Assembly (NCBI GenBank): GCA_943914835.1
Contig: CALUDO010000001.1
Span: forward strand, 125,608-189,607
DNA length: 64,000 bases
Reading direction: 5' to 3'
Source of the DNA: an uncultured Eremococcus sp.
GTDB lineage: Bacteria; Bacillota; Bacilli; Lactobacillales; Aerococcaceae
A program made the position numbers and the translations under genes. Positions 29,115-40,708 of the stretch are shown in pieces. The notes under the pieces were generated by a model. It made no database searches, was not told the DNA's origin, and saw nothing but the letters and a program-made list of their open reading frames with translations. Within the stretch, counting starts at the first letter, position 1. Each line of letters opens with the position of its first letter.

Positions 29115-30305
29115 ATGACTAAGAAGACTCTGAAAGATCTGAACGTCAAAGACAAAACAGTTTTGGTTCGTGTGGACTACAATGTTCCCATGAAGGATGG
29201 CCATATTACTGACGAAAACCGAATTGTTCAATCTTTAGAAACCTTAAAGTATTTAATTAGCCAAGATGCTAAACTAGTACTCTTTTCACACCTGGGTAAA
29301 ATTAAATCCGAAGAAGACAAGGCTAAGAATAACCTCGCTCCAGTAGCAGATCGATTGAGTGACTTATTAGGCCAAGAAGTCTTGTTCTCAACCCAAACCA
29401 GAGGTAAAGAGCTGGAAGAAACTGTTGAGAGTTTACAAGGAGGTCAAGTTCTCCTAGTTCAAAACACCCGTTATGAGGATCTTGATGGTAAGAAGGAATC
29501 TAAGAATGATCCTGAATTAGGTAAGTACTGGGCTTCTTTGGGAGATGTTTTTGTGAATGATGCCTTTGGGACAGCTCACCGTGCTCATGCATCTAATGTA
29601 GGTATTGCGGCGCACTTAGATTCTGCCGTTGGTTTTCTCATTGAGAAAGAATTGAAGTATATTGGTGGAGCCGTTGACCAACCTGAAAGACCGTTTGTGG
29701 CGATTCTAGGAGGAGCTAAGGTATCTGATAAGATTAAAGTTATTGAACACTTATTAACTAAAGCAGACCACCTGATTATTGGTGGGGGAATGGCTTATAC
29801 TTTCTTGAAAGCTCAAGGTAAAGAAATTGGTAAATCCCTTCTGGAAGAAGATCGGATTGAATTGGCTAAGGATTTATTAGCTAAGGCCGGAGATAAGATT
29901 ATCCTACCTGTAGATGTGGTGGTTGCTGATGACTTCTCAAACGATGCCAATACAAAAGTCGTTTCTGTTGATAATATCCCGGAAGATTGGGAGGGGCTTG
30001 ATTGCGGTCCAGATTCTTTGGCTAAGTTTAAAGAAATTCTTGAAACTGCTAAAACGGTTGTATGGAATGGGCCACTAGGTGTCTTTGAATTCGAAAAATT
30101 TGCCAAAGGAACTAAGGGTGTTTGTCAAATATTGGCTGATTTAGACCAAGCAAGAACGATTGTTGGTGGAGGAGATTCAGCAGCTGCAGTAGCGCAATTA
30201 GGCTATGAAGACAAGTTTACTCATATTTCAACTGGTGGTGGAGCTTCCTTAACTTATCTGGAAGGTTCTCCTCTACCAGGAATTGAAGCTATAAACGACA
30301 AGTAA
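29115..30305 (+). CDS. pgk: Phosphoglycerate kinase
   Basis: Start ATG 29115 ([25 protein letters not shown]) after AGGAGGAG. The ORF-track start at 29046 gives an N-extension. Confidence 0.95.
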   Translation: MTKKTLKDLNVKDKTVLVRVDYNVPMKDGHITDENRIVQSLETLKYLISQDAKLVLFSHLGKIKSEEDKAKNNLAPVADRLSDLLGQEVLFSTQTRGKELEETVESLQGGQVLLVQNTRYEDLDGKKESKNDPELGKYWASLGDVFVNDAFGTAHRAHASNVGIAAHLDSAVGFLIEKELKYIGGAVDQPERPFVAILGGAKVSDKIKVIEHLLTKADHLIIGGGMAYTFLKAQGKEIGKSLLEEDRIELAKDLLAKAGDKIILPVDVVVADDFSNDANTKVVSVDNIPEDWEGLDCGPDSLAKFKEILETAKTVVWNGPLGVFEFEKFAKGTKGVCQILADLDQARTIVGGGDSAAAVAQLGYEDKFTHISTGGGASLTYLEGSPLPGIEAINDK

Positions 30306-30321
30306 GAAAGGATAGACAATT

Positions 30322-31080
30322 ATGTCACGTAAACCAATTATCGCTGGAAATTGGAAAATGAATAAAAACAATCAAGAGGCTAAAGATTTTATCAAAGCGG
30401 TCAAAGATAAGATTCCTGCTAAAGATAAAGTGGACACTCTTGTAGGTGCATCTAATATTCTGCTTGAAGGTATTATTAAAGAAGCAGAAGGTTCTGATTT
30501 ACAAATTGCTGGACAAAATTGCTACTTTGAGGATGAGGGAGCCTTTACTGGTGAAACCTCACCAAAGACACTTTCAGAACTTGGAAGCTCTTATGTTATT
30601 ATTGGTCACTCTGAAAGACGTCAATACTTCCATGAATCTGATGAAGATGTGAATAAGAAAGCACATGCTATTTTAAAAAATGGTATGTTGCCAATCATCT
30701 GTTGTGGCGAAAGTCTTGAAACTTATGAAGCTGGACAAGCTGAAGACTTTGTAGCCGATCAAGTGAAGGCAGCTTTAACAGATTTAACTCCTGGTCAAGT
30801 TGAAGCCTCAGTCCTAGCTTATGAACCTATTTGGGCAATTGGAACTGGTAAATCCGCAACAGTTGAAGATGCGCAAAAGATGTGTCAAGTAGTCCGCAAT
30901 GTCATTGCCGAGGAATTCGGGCGTGACGTAGCGGATGCTGTAAGAATTCAATATGGTGGTTCAGTTAAGCCGAATAACATCAAAGATTATATGTCTTGTC
31001 CAGATGTTGATGGTGCTTTAGTAGGTGGTGCGAGTTTACAAGCAGATTCTTTCCTAGCTCTACTGGAGGCGGTCAAGTAA
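30322..31080 (+). CDS. tpiA: Triose-phosphate isomerase
   Basis: IAGNWKMN and [11 protein letters not shown] motifs. Confidence 0.95.
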   Translation: MSRKPIIAGNWKMNKNNQEAKDFIKAVKDKIPAKDKVDTLVGASNILLEGIIKEAEGSDLQIAGQNCYFEDEGAFTGETSPKTLSELGSSYVIIGHSERRQYFHESDEDVNKKAHAILKNGMLPIICCGESLETYEAGQAEDFVADQVKAALTDLTPGQVEASVLAYEPIWAIGTGKSATVEDAQKMCQVVRNVIAEEFGRDVADAVRIQYGGSVKPNNIKDYMSCPDVDGALVGGASLQADSFLALLEAVK

Positions 31081-32609
31081 TGGCTAAATCACCCGTTGCA
31101 ATCATTATTTTAGATGGTTTTGGTTGGAGAGATGAGCGTGAAGGTAATGCAGTGGCTCAAGCCCATAAACCCAACTTTGACCGATATTATCAAGAATTCC
31201 CGCATGCTACTTTGAAGGCTTCTGGCTTGGATGTAGGCCTTCCAGAGGGACAGATGGGGAATTCAGAAGTGGGCCACACCAATATTGGAGCAGGACGGAT
31301 TGTTTATCAGTCCTTGACTCGGATAGATAAGTCGATAGCAGATGGTGAATTTGAAAATAATGATGCTCTAAATAATGCCTTTAAACATGTTATTAATCAT
31401 GGGTCAGCTTTGCATCTCTTTGGCCTCTTGTCAGATGGCGGTGTTCATAGTCACATTAACCATCTCTTAGCTCTAGTTGATACTGCAAAGGCTAAAGGAA
31501 TTGACAAGCTATACATTCATGCCTTTATGGATGGACGGGATGTAGACCCTAAAGCTGGACCGGGCTACTTAGAAGATTTAGAAAATCATCTAAAAGAAGC
31601 TGGTCTTGGAAAAATTGCTACAGTATCTGGTCGTTACTATGCAATGGATAGAGATAAGCGTTGGGATAGGGTCAAGCTAGCCTATGATGCCATTGGTCAT
31701 AGTCAAGGAGAGGTCTTTAAGTCAGCCCAGGATGTATTACAAGCGAATTATGCTAAAGACATTACAGATGAATTTATCCTACCGGCTGTGATAGAAGAGG
31801 ACGGCAAACCACTTGCTAAGGTGGAGGACAATGATGCCATTATCTTCTTTAACTTTAGGCCTGACCGAGCCATTCAATTATCTTCTGCTTTTACCCAAGC
31901 TGACTGGCCTCATTTCGAGCGAGGAGAGCGAGCACAAAACGTTAAATTCGTCACTATGACCCTTTACAATCCAAGTATTGAGGCGGACGTCGCTTTCCCT
32001 CCAATTCTAATGAAAAACGTAATTGGAGAAGTATTAGCTAATGAAGGGCTTCATCAGCTAAGAATTGCTGAAACAGAGAAATATCCCCATGTGACTTTCT
32101 TTATGAATGGTGGTCGCAACGAAGAATTTCATAATGAACATCGTATTCTGATTCCATCTCCCAAGGTAGCTACATACGACTTGAAGCCAGAAATGTCTGC
32201 TTATGAGGTTGGGGATGCCCTTTATAAGAGCATTATGAATGATGAAAATGATGCCATCATCTTGAATTTTGCCAACCCGGATATGGTCGGTCATTCTGGT
32301 AAATTAGAGCCTACAATTAAGGCCATTGAAGCAGTCGACGAAAATCTTGGCAAGGTAGTTGATGCTATTCTAGCCAAGGATGGCAATGCTATTATTTTTG
32401 CAGATCACGGAAATGCAGAAACTATGTTGACACCGGATGGTCGACCACACACTGCCCATACGACAGTCCCAGTACCAGTGATTGTTACTAAGAAGGGGGT
32501 TACCCTTCGTAAGGAGGGTCGGTTAGCGGATATAGCGCCAACTATGTTGGACCTATTGGGTCTTGATACACCAGATGAGATGACAGGCCAAAGCCTGATT
32601 GAGAAATAG
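31080..32609 (+). CDS. gpmI: 2,3-bisphosphoglycerate-independent phosphoglycerate mutase
   Basis: 509 aa of the iPGM family. Confidence 0.95.
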   Translation: MAKSPVAIIILDGFGWRDEREGNAVAQAHKPNFDRYYQEFPHATLKASGLDVGLPEGQMGNSEVGHTNIGAGRIVYQSLTRIDKSIADGEFENNDALNNAFKHVINHGSALHLFGLLSDGGVHSHINHLLALVDTAKAKGIDKLYIHAFMDGRDVDPKAGPGYLEDLENHLKEAGLGKIATVSGRYYAMDRDKRWDRVKLAYDAIGHSQGEVFKSAQDVLQANYAKDITDEFILPAVIEEDGKPLAKVEDNDAIIFFNFRPDRAIQLSSAFTQADWPHFERGERAQNVKFVTMTLYNPSIEADVAFPPILMKNVIGEVLANEGLHQLRIAETEKYPHVTFFMNGGRNEEFHNEHRILIPSPKVATYDLKPEMSAYEVGDALYKSIMNDENDAIILNFANPDMVGHSGKLEPTIKAIEAVDENLGKVVDAILAKDGNAIIFADHGNAETMLTPDGRPHTAHTTVPVPVIVTKKGVTLRKEGRLADIAPTMLDLLGLDTPDEMTGQSLIEK

Positions 32610-32660
32610 TATCACTTGCTTTGTGAAAAGTAAGTATCTACAATAAAGTTGAACAAATAA

Positions 32661-33977
<1,317 letters not shown>

Positions 33978-33986
33978 TTAGATTAG

Positions 33987-34022
33987 AAAAGACCTAGCTG
34001 ATATTTGAGCTAGGTCTTTTTA
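33987..34022. terminator. Bidirectional terminator after eno
   Basis: AAAAGACCTAGC-N10-GCTAGGTCTTTT. Confidence 0.85.
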
Positions 34023-34133
34023 GTTATTTAGGGGGATTTAGCTATCTTCCTCGTTCAGCCCAAAGCTAAAATGGTGGTGGCTGGCCTGACTTAAATTCTG
34101 GTAAGTAAGCTCACCACTATAAATTTGAAAAAC

Positions 34134-34481
34134 TTAAACCTTAGCTTGGTCTTCAGGATTGGGGTATAACTGATCGACAAAAGGATTACCTGCTAAAACC
34201 TTCGCTAATCTATCAGGTCCTAAAATACGAACCTTGCCCTCGATGGGAATAACTTCCAGGCTGCGGTCAGATTGGGCAAGGGCCGTCATAGCGACAAAAG
34301 GGCACTTAGTTAATTGTTGATAAAAGTTTGTTTTAGGACTAGTCATGAAGAATATGCCCTTATCATTGGCCAGACCAATATTGGCATACCGAGCATGAGG
34401 CTTGCCTTGCTTATCCATTGTGGCAAAAACTCCAATTTTCATTTTCTCTTTTAGTAGATCCATGGCTTGTAAAATATCCAT
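34134..34481 (-). CDS. Pyridoxamine 5'-phosphate oxidase family (FMN-binding split barrel) protein
   Basis: 115 aa, general-stress-protein-26-like fold (..GVFATMDKQGKPHARYANIG..). Confidence 0.55.
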   Translation of the reverse strand: MDILQAMDLLKEKMKIGVFATMDKQGKPHARYANIGLANDKGIFFMTSPKTNFYQQLTKCPFVAMTALAQSDRSLEVIPIEGKVRILGPDRLAKVLAGNPFVDQLYPNPEDQAKV

Positions 34482-34580
34482 CAGTTAACCTCTTTATACT
34501 TAATTAAAGTTATAATGCCACATGCCCCAAAAAAAGACCAGCATGGCCTGAAAAAATCAAGTTGAGCTGGTGGTTTCTAA

Positions 34581-35051
34581 TTAGTATGTCAAAGATAAGT
34601 CTTTAATTTGCTGTAAGACCTGGAGATATTTCTTAGAGTAATAGCGGGCCATAGGGAGGTTCTGGTCTAAGTAGTTGCCACAATCACGCGCCACTGCTCC
34701 AGGAATATCGCCTTCATAATTAGCTGCCCAATCAAAAGCCCTTTTTAATAAATCTAAGAGATTTTGGTTATCAATCGCATCAGTAACAATTAAGTAGAAA
34801 CCAGTCCGACAACCCATGGGCCCAAAGTAAATAATGTCTTCTTTATATTGTGAGTCATTACGAAGGAAGGTCGCTAAGAGGTGTTCAATGGTATGGATTT
34901 CAGCGGTATTCATAACTGGCTCATAATTCGGACGAGTAAAGCGAAGGTCAAAACTTCTTAAAGTTCGATCTCCCACATGATCCTCTCGTGATAAATAAAG
35001 ACCCGGATAAAGATTTAAATGATCGACAGTAAAGCTAGGTATTTTTTCCAT
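34581..35051 (-). CDS. luxS: S-ribosylhomocysteine lyase
   Basis: HTIEHL metal-binding motif and GCRTGFY. Confidence 0.9.
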   Translation of the reverse strand: MEKIPSFTVDHLNLYPGLYLSREDHVGDRTLRSFDLRFTRPNYEPVMNTAEIHTIEHLLATFLRNDSQYKEDIIYFGPMGCRTGFYLIVTDAIDNQNLLDLLKRAFDWAANYEGDIPGAVARDCGNYLDQNLPMARYYSKKYLQVLQQIKDLSLTY

Positions 35052-35122
35052 TAGGTCAGCTCCTTTTATTTAATGCTACCTTTATATCATAACATGTCTG
35101 CGAGGAATTAAGCTAGGAATAG

Positions 35123-35155
35123 AAAAAGGTTAGAAGTAAGCTTCTAACCTTTTTG
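35123..35155. terminator. Terminator downstream of the small basic-peptide ORF (bidirectional hairpin)
   Basis: GGTTAGAAG-TAAG-CTTCTAACC flanked by an A5 run and a T5 run. Confidence 0.65.
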
Positions 35156-35156
35156 A

Positions 35157-35267
35157 TTATTTATTGCGTTTGGCTGCCTGGATGACGGCCTTGGCCCGAC
35201 GTTTGGTTTTAATATTCTTACTTTTGAGTTGTCGGTAAGCCGATGAAACATCAGATTTTCTAGACAT
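35157..35267 (-). CDS. 36-aa highly basic peptide (MSRKSDVSSAYRQLKSKNIKTKRRAKAVIQAAKRNK), own transcription unit
   Basis: ATG 35267 lies 7 nt after the strong SD AGGAGGG. It has its own promoter TTGCAT-17-TATCAT (minus strand, plus coordinates 35311-35339) and its own terminator (35123-35155). It is shorter than the 60-aa cutoff of the ORF track. Confidence 0.5.
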   Translation of the reverse strand: MSRKSDVSSAYRQLKSKNIKTKRRAKAVIQAAKRNK

Positions 35268-35310
35268 AAGAGACCCTCCTATCCGATTTAAATAGTAACA
35301 ATTACATTTA

Positions 35311-35339
35311 ATGATAATTGAAAGAATTAAAAAATGCAA
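35311..35339 (-). promoter_or_regulatory. Putative promoter of the basic-peptide gene
   Basis: Minus-strand -35 TTGCAT (35339-35334), 17-nt spacer, -10 TATCAT (35316-35311). Confidence 0.4.
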
Positions 35340-35361
35340 GGAGAGTTTAATAAAATGTTTG

Positions 35362-35390
35362 TATGTTCGAACAAAAAGGTCGATGGTTAA
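35362..35390 (-). terminator. Intrinsic terminator after uppP
   Basis: The minus strand reads GGTCGATGGT-TTA-ACCATCGACC followed by TTTTT. Confidence 0.8.
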
Positions 35391-35425
35391 ACCATCGACC
35401 TCTTGAATTAAGTTACATTTATCTG

Positions 35426-36265
35426 CTATTTAATCAGCAGGTTGTAAAGGATAACGATACCACCTAGAACAATTCGGTAATAACCAAAGACGGTGAAATC
35501 ATTTCGTTTTAAGTAGGCAAGTAAGAATCGAATGACTAAGATGGAAACAACAAAAGCGACTAACATTCCGAAAGCTAAGTAGATAATTTCAGCTGTGGTC
35601 AGAGACATCCCCAACTTGATTAATTTTAGGGCTGAGGCACCAAACATGGCTGGGATTCCTAAAAAGAAGGAGAACTCAGTCGCAACATAACGAGAGCTAT
35701 TCATCAGGAGTCCACCTAAAATGGTCGAACCAGACCGGGATGTTCCAGGAATGATTGAAAGGGACTGAAAGAGTCCGATTTTGAAGGCTTGGCTATAAGT
35801 AAGTTCATTTAAATTATCTGTTACATGAATATGACGGGCTTGGTGTCCACGTTCAATGACTATGAAAGCAAAACCATAGACGATTAGAGCGATGGCGACC
35901 ACTGTCGCATTAAAGAAATATTTATCCATATAATCATTCAATAAGAAACCGATAATTACAACCGGAATGGAGGCCCAGGCTACCTTAAACCATAATATCC
36001 AAGTATCCTTACGCTCTCCCGCTGTTTTGCTGGGTGAGAAGGGATTTAGCTTATTGAAGTAGATAACTACTACAGCCATGATAGACCCTAATTGGACTAA
36101 AACTAAAAAGAGTTCTTGGAATTCAGCCGAGAGATTCAAGGGCATAACATCTTCAATCAAAATCATATGGCCGGTACTTGAAATTGGGAGCCATTCCGTA
36201 ATTCCCTGTACAAGACTAATAATAAAAATCTTAATTAATTCAATAATATCAATTAAAGAATTCAT
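35426..36265 (-). CDS. uppP: Undecaprenyl-diphosphate phosphatase
   Basis: 279 aa of the BacA/UppP family (..SRSGSTI.. motif). Confidence 0.9.
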   Translation of the reverse strand: MNSLIDIIELIKIFIISLVQGITEWLPISSTGHMILIEDVMPLNLSAEFQELFLVLVQLGSIMAVVVIYFNKLNPFSPSKTAGERKDTWILWFKVAWASIPVVIIGFLLNDYMDKYFFNATVVAIALIVYGFAFIVIERGHQARHIHVTDNLNELTYSQAFKIGLFQSLSIIPGTSRSGSTILGGLLMNSSRYVATEFSFFLGIPAMFGASALKLIKLGMSLTTAEIIYLAFGMLVAFVVSILVIRFLLAYLKRNDFTVFGYYRIVLGGIVILYNLLIK

Positions 36266-36462
36266 AGACTACCTCCTTGAGATTACCCGGACAATTATAC
36301 ACTAATTTTTGCTAAAAAGCGAAAACATAGGACAAGAAAATATTGAGTGAGCCATAAAAGTCTGATTAAAAAATAGTGAGTTTCAAGATATGACTATAGT
36401 TTTTAAGTTAAACATTATATAATGGGTTGGAATCCATTTCAAAGGGGAAGGGAGATAATTAT

Positions 36463-37725
36463 ATGAGCGAAAAGGTAAATAAGCAGAATTCAACGACTTT
36501 GTTTGATAAGTTGATGACCCATCAAACCATTGTGAGTCTTATTGTTACGCTTTTAATTATGGTAATTATTTATATGCTTGCCAAACTATCCTATATCTTC
36601 ACCCCATTAGGACAGGTATTTGATATATTTGGTTTGCCTTTGATCACAGCAGCCGTCCTTTACTATCTCTTAGCACCTATGGTACGCAAGTTGACCAAGA
36701 TTGGGGTGGAAAAGAATTTAGCTATCTGGCTAATTTTTGTCGGCATTACCATTATTCTAATCTGGGGAACTCTGGCCCTTTTGCCGATATTGAGAAGGCA
36801 GGGCAAAAGCTTGGTCGATAGCATTCCCTATTATACCAACCAATTAAACTTACTTTTAGCTTCAGTTCCCAGTGAGGTTCGTGAGGATCCTATTTCGCAA
36901 AATATTTCTAATTTCTTTAATGGGTTAGATATGAGTCAAATCTCAAATCGCTTTGATTCCTTGATTGGATCTACCTTTGGATCCTTGGGCACGGTCATTG
37001 GGTCTATTACTCAGATTGTAACGGGAATTCTAACCATGCCTATTGTATTATATTATTTATTACTTGAAGGAAACAAAATCCCTCGCACTATTCTTTACTA
37101 TACCCCAACCAAGCATCGGGAAACGGTTAGTCGGATTCTTTACCGGTCTAATTACCAAATTTCGCAATACATTCGCGGACAAATTACTGTTGCGATAATT
37201 GTAGCCATCCTTTTTGCCATTGGATATGGCATCATCGGTATTGACTATGGGATTTCTTTGGCTATTTTTGCTGGTTTTTGTAATGTTATACCTTATTTAG
37301 GGTCCTTTATTGCTATCATTCCAGTTGTGATTATCGGTGTCCTAACATCTCCTTTGATGTTAATTAAGGTATTTATAGTTATGTTTATTGAACAGTTTAT
37401 TGAGGGGCGTTTTGTTTCACCACAAATATTAGGGTCTAGTCTACAGATTCATCCTGTGACTATTTTGTTCGTTCTTTTGGGGGCAGGTAAGTTGTTTGGA
37501 TTGGTTGGAGTGATTCTGGGTGTGCCTGGCTATGCTGTTATTAAGGTTTTCGTGGGTGAATTATATCGGGTCTATCGTGAACATTCTGAGGCTTACGATG
37601 ACCAAGGTCCAAACGACTTGAATTATATTGATCTAGCAGCGATATCTAAGACAGAGTCGGTGGTTTCCAAGAAAGCGGTTGAGGTTAATCCTGGTCGTGA
37701 TATAGAGGAGACCTCCCGTGATTAG
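36463..37725 (+). CDS. AI-2E family transporter (TqsA/YdiK/PerM family)
   Basis: About 420 aa with 7-8 TM helices and the AI-2E signature layout. ATG 36463 follows GGGGAAGGGAG; the ORF track starts at 36427. Confidence 0.8.
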   Translation: MSEKVNKQNSTTLFDKLMTHQTIVSLIVTLLIMVIIYMLAKLSYIFTPLGQVFDIFGLPLITAAVLYYLLAPMVRKLTKIGVEKNLAIWLIFVGITIILIWGTLALLPILRRQGKSLVDSIPYYTNQLNLLLASVPSEVREDPISQNISNFFNGLDMSQISNRFDSLIGSTFGSLGTVIGSITQIVTGILTMPIVLYYLLLEGNKIPRTILYYTPTKHRETVSRILYRSNYQISQYIRGQITVAIIVAILFAIGYGIIGIDYGISLAIFAGFCNVIPYLGSFIAIIPVVIIGVLTSPLMLIKVFIVMFIEQFIEGRFVSPQILGSSLQIHPVTILFVLLGAGKLFGLVGVILGVPGYAVIKVFVGELYRVYREHSEAYDDQGPNDLNYIDLAAISKTESVVSKKAVEVNPGRDIEETSRD

Positions 37726-39085
37726 GCAATCTAAAGGAAGAGCGTCCAGGATTTATTATTTTAGTGTCCTCTTTCTAATGTGCATAGGTCTGGGGGCTTG
37801 TCAGGACAGGCAAACAAATAATGAATCTCAAGATACATCAGCCTCTATCCTTGGTCAGAAAGAGGAGGAGCTTAGTCTAGACCCAAGGTTAATTCCTGAT
37901 TTTACCCAGGTACTAGCCGAATATCAAAAGTCCCCAACCGCCGATCACTTGACTCTTGACTTCGAAAGTGAGGGTCCGTTTAGCTATCAGGGAGACAATT
38001 TTAATGTCACAGTCAATCATTTGGCATATTTAACGTCGGTTAGCAAAGATGAAACGGACTTATTACTCCTTCATCTATCCATTGAAAACACCTCTTCCTT
38101 AGCCATTAATTTTCCCCCTCAAAGAATTAAACTGCAAACCCTGTCCCAGAATTATCATGCCTATTCAGATGCAAACAAGTATTCTTCTGATTCAGGCTAC
38201 CTAGCGGATATTTTAAACCGTCAGAATAACCAAATTGGACCCGATATGTCTCTTGAAGGTTACTTGGTATTTTCCGTCAATGATCCCGCTACGGAGACAG
38301 TTAATTTTGTTTTTGATGACCAGGCCACAGCCAACTTAAACTCAAAGCTTCATTTACTCAAACTAGACTTAGGGCCATCGGACTTTATGTCTGGAGGTAT
38401 GCTTTTACCCTTAAACCAAGCGAGTAAGGAATTTCTTGAGGAGCAGACTCAATTTATTCAAGACCCTTCCATTAATAATCTTTTGGGAAATAAGGTGTCC
38501 CTGATTGATACGCAAGTAGAGAATGATTTGCTAATAGGTGAGTGGGGCGATATAGAGGTTAAGCGGTGGCAGCTAATGACCTTGAATCCTTTCCAGGCTT
38601 ATGAAGTTGAGTTTCAGTCCTATTCACAAAGGCCAATTATACTTAGTTTGGAATATGTACTGGATAAATTTCCAGAAAAAATGGAAATGTTTTTAAATTA
38701 TGAAGAAAGCAATTTGCGAATAAACCAAAGAGAATTTCCCTTAGTGAGGTCTGTTTTGACCAATCATTCAGAGACTGATACCAAGCTTTCAAAGCAATTT
38801 TCGACATCTTTTATCCTTGATAGAGATGACTTCTTAAAAGCAGATGCTTGTGACAAAGTAACCCTTGACCTCCATCTAGAGGGAACGATGGACTTTCAAC
38901 GCTTTGATTTAGGCCCTCTATCAGCATTGGACCATCCTCTCTATGTGAGACAGAAATTGCTTTATGGTTTAGATACTAATTTTGCAATCGAAGATAGTAT
39001 TGATCCTAATAGGATTGATCTAGTCAAAACTATGGTTTATGAATATGTAATTGACTTAAAGAACAAGGAAATCGAAGTTGAGTGA
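37718..39085 (+). CDS. Lipoprotein with DUF4352-like beta-sandwich domain and a C-terminal domain of unknown function
   Basis: GTG start with SD AGAGGAG; it overlaps the AI-2E stop by 8 nt. Lipobox LGAC after a basic/hydrophobic signal. DUF4352-like segment ..NVTVNHLAYLTSV..LLLLHLSIENTS..EGYLVFSVND. Confidence 0.5.
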   Translation: MIRQSKGRASRIYYFSVLFLMCIGLGACQDRQTNNESQDTSASILGQKEEELSLDPRLIPDFTQVLAEYQKSPTADHLTLDFESEGPFSYQGDNFNVTVNHLAYLTSVSKDETDLLLLHLSIENTSSLAINFPPQRIKLQTLSQNYHAYSDANKYSSDSGYLADILNRQNNQIGPDMSLEGYLVFSVNDPATETVNFVFDDQATANLNSKLHLLKLDLGPSDFMSGGMLLPLNQASKEFLEEQTQFIQDPSINNLLGNKVSLIDTQVENDLLIGEWGDIEVKRWQLMTLNPFQAYEVEFQSYSQRPIILSLEYVLDKFPEKMEMFLNYEESNLRINQREFPLVRSVLTNHSETDTKLSKQFSTSFILDRDDFLKADACDKVTLDLHLEGTMDFQRFDLGPLSALDHPLYVRQKLLYGLDTNFAIEDSIDPNRIDLVKTMVYEYVIDLKNKEIEVE

Positions 39086-39136
39086 ATCGGCTTCTTCAAA
39101 GAACTGAAAGAAAAAAGATAGGAGTATTGTGACAAT

Positions 39137-39814
39137 ATGGGTGCTATTGTGGACGCCATTGCGGTTATTATTGCAGGTGCTATTGGTTTAATTATCAAAG
39201 AGGGAATTCCGGTTCGGGTGAATGAAAGGCTTATACAAGCCATAGCCTTATGTATTATTGCTATTGGAATTTCTGGAGCAATTAAGGGCCAAGAAACCTT
39301 GGTCCAAATTATTTCTATGACTTTAGGAACAGTTATTGGAGAGGGCTTTGACCTAGATCAAGGTATTCAACGCTTTGCAAGCTTCCTACAAACGAAACTA
39401 CAAAAGTGGCCAGAACTAGCAGGAATAGGTGAGGGGTTTATTTCAGCATCTATGTTATTTTGCATTGGGTCAATGGTCATTGTAGGCTCTTTAGAAAGTG
39501 GTTTAACGGGGAACAATACAACCCTATACGCCAAAGCAGTCATCGATGGTATAACAGCCCTTTTGTTAGCCTCTTCTTTAGGGGTAGGTGTTATCTTTGG
39601 TGCCTTTCCTGTCTTGATTATTGAAGGGGGCCTAACCCTGTTTGCAGGCCTCCTAGCTCCTCTTCTAACACCACTGGTTATTAATGAAATGATTGCTTTA
39701 GGATCAATTATTCTGATTGGTTTAGGATTAAACATGCTAGAAGTTACTCAACTGAAAATTATGAATTTTGTTCCAGCCATGTTGTTTCCAGCAATTTTGA
39801 TGTTATTTATGTAG
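39137..39814 (+). CDS. DUF554 (E. coli YqgA-like) membrane protein
   Basis: 225 aa with six TM helices. The N-terminus MGAIVDAIAVIIAGAIGLIIKEGIPVRVNERLIQAIALCIIAIGISG matches the YqgA/DUF554 pattern. Confidence 0.5.
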   Translation: MGAIVDAIAVIIAGAIGLIIKEGIPVRVNERLIQAIALCIIAIGISGAIKGQETLVQIISMTLGTVIGEGFDLDQGIQRFASFLQTKLQKWPELAGIGEGFISASMLFCIGSMVIVGSLESGLTGNNTTLYAKAVIDGITALLLASSLGVGVIFGAFPVLIIEGGLTLFAGLLAPLLTPLVINEMIALGSIILIGLGLNMLEVTQLKIMNFVPAMLFPAILMLFM

Positions 39815-39829
39815 GAAGGATGGATCTTG

Positions 39830-40609
39830 ATGCGGAATTATCTGAATCGTATTTTAATAGTCTTCCTTGGCTTTCTCTTAACTTTAGGAATGGGGGGCTA
39901 TGAAACTGTCCATGGTCAAAGCTTATTGAGTGAAGAGGACTTGCAGACTAGTTTAGGAAATGACAAGGTGGAGGAATTATTGCAACTATTACCTGAAGGG
40001 ATTAATTCCAAAGACCCTATGCTTAAATTAGTTAATAAGTCTAATCCCTTACAGGAAGAATTAATCTTTGATTGGGCTTATTCTGATTCCGGGCTGCCCT
40101 ACAATGCAAGCATACAGCCAGCCTATGAAGCTTGGATGGAGGCGGCTAATCAAGCAGGATATTCCTATCAATTTGTCTCAGGATACCGGTCCATGGAGGA
40201 GCAAAAGGTCAACCGAATGGCCCGCTACCAATCTTATCTGAGTGAAGGCGTTGACCCTGACTATGCTCAAACCCTAGTAGATAAATTCTACGCTCCGATT
40301 GATGCATCCGAACATTTAACAGGTTTGGCTCTTGATTTATTAGGCACTGATTGGACTAGTCAAGGAGGAGAATTGACGGCTGCTTATGCAGACATGGCTT
40401 CAGCCCAGTGGTTAGATAATTCGGGACCAGATTATGGCTTTATTTTACGCTATCCTAGTGACAAAGAAGCGATTACAGGTTATCATTTTGAACCATGGCA
40501 CTTTCGTTATGTTGGGGAAGACCATGCCCATTTTATGACTGAACATCACTTGACGCTTGAAGAGTATCTGAGTCTTATTCAAATGAAAGAAAATAAGACC
40601 AATTCTTAA
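39830..40609 (+). CDS. M15B D-Ala-D-Ala / LD-carboxypeptidase (VanY/LdcB-like), secreted
   Basis: Signal/TM anchor, SGYRSMEEQ, SEHLTGLALD and EPWHFRY zinc-peptidase motifs. Confidence 0.75.
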   Translation: MRNYLNRILIVFLGFLLTLGMGGYETVHGQSLLSEEDLQTSLGNDKVEELLQLLPEGINSKDPMLKLVNKSNPLQEELIFDWAYSDSGLPYNASIQPAYEAWMEAANQAGYSYQFVSGYRSMEEQKVNRMARYQSYLSEGVDPDYAQTLVDKFYAPIDASEHLTGLALDLLGTDWTSQGGELTAAYADMASAQWLDNSGPDYGFILRYPSDKEAITGYHFEPWHFRYVGEDHAHFMTEHHLTLEEYLSLIQMKENKTNS

Positions 40610-40626
40610 GACAACTGCATATAAAA

Positions 40627-40663
40627 AAGATGATCGGTTAAATGGTAACCGGTCATCTTTTTG
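40627..40663. terminator. Bidirectional terminator between LdcB-like gene and gatD
   Basis: AAGATGATCGGTT-N7-AACCGGTCATCTT with an A-run and a T-run. Confidence 0.8.
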
Positions 40664-40708
40664 CTTTATTAATTTTACTAGGTCTTGGTGCAATGTCTTA
40701 CACAGTTT

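Noticed and set aside
37718-40609. Lipoprotein / DUF554 / M15 peptidase cluster as a possible phage-defence or toxin system
   Set aside because: No nuclease, ATPase, helicase, methyltransferase, toxin or immunity signatures. All products look like envelope housekeeping proteins. Kept only as a neighbourhood observation.
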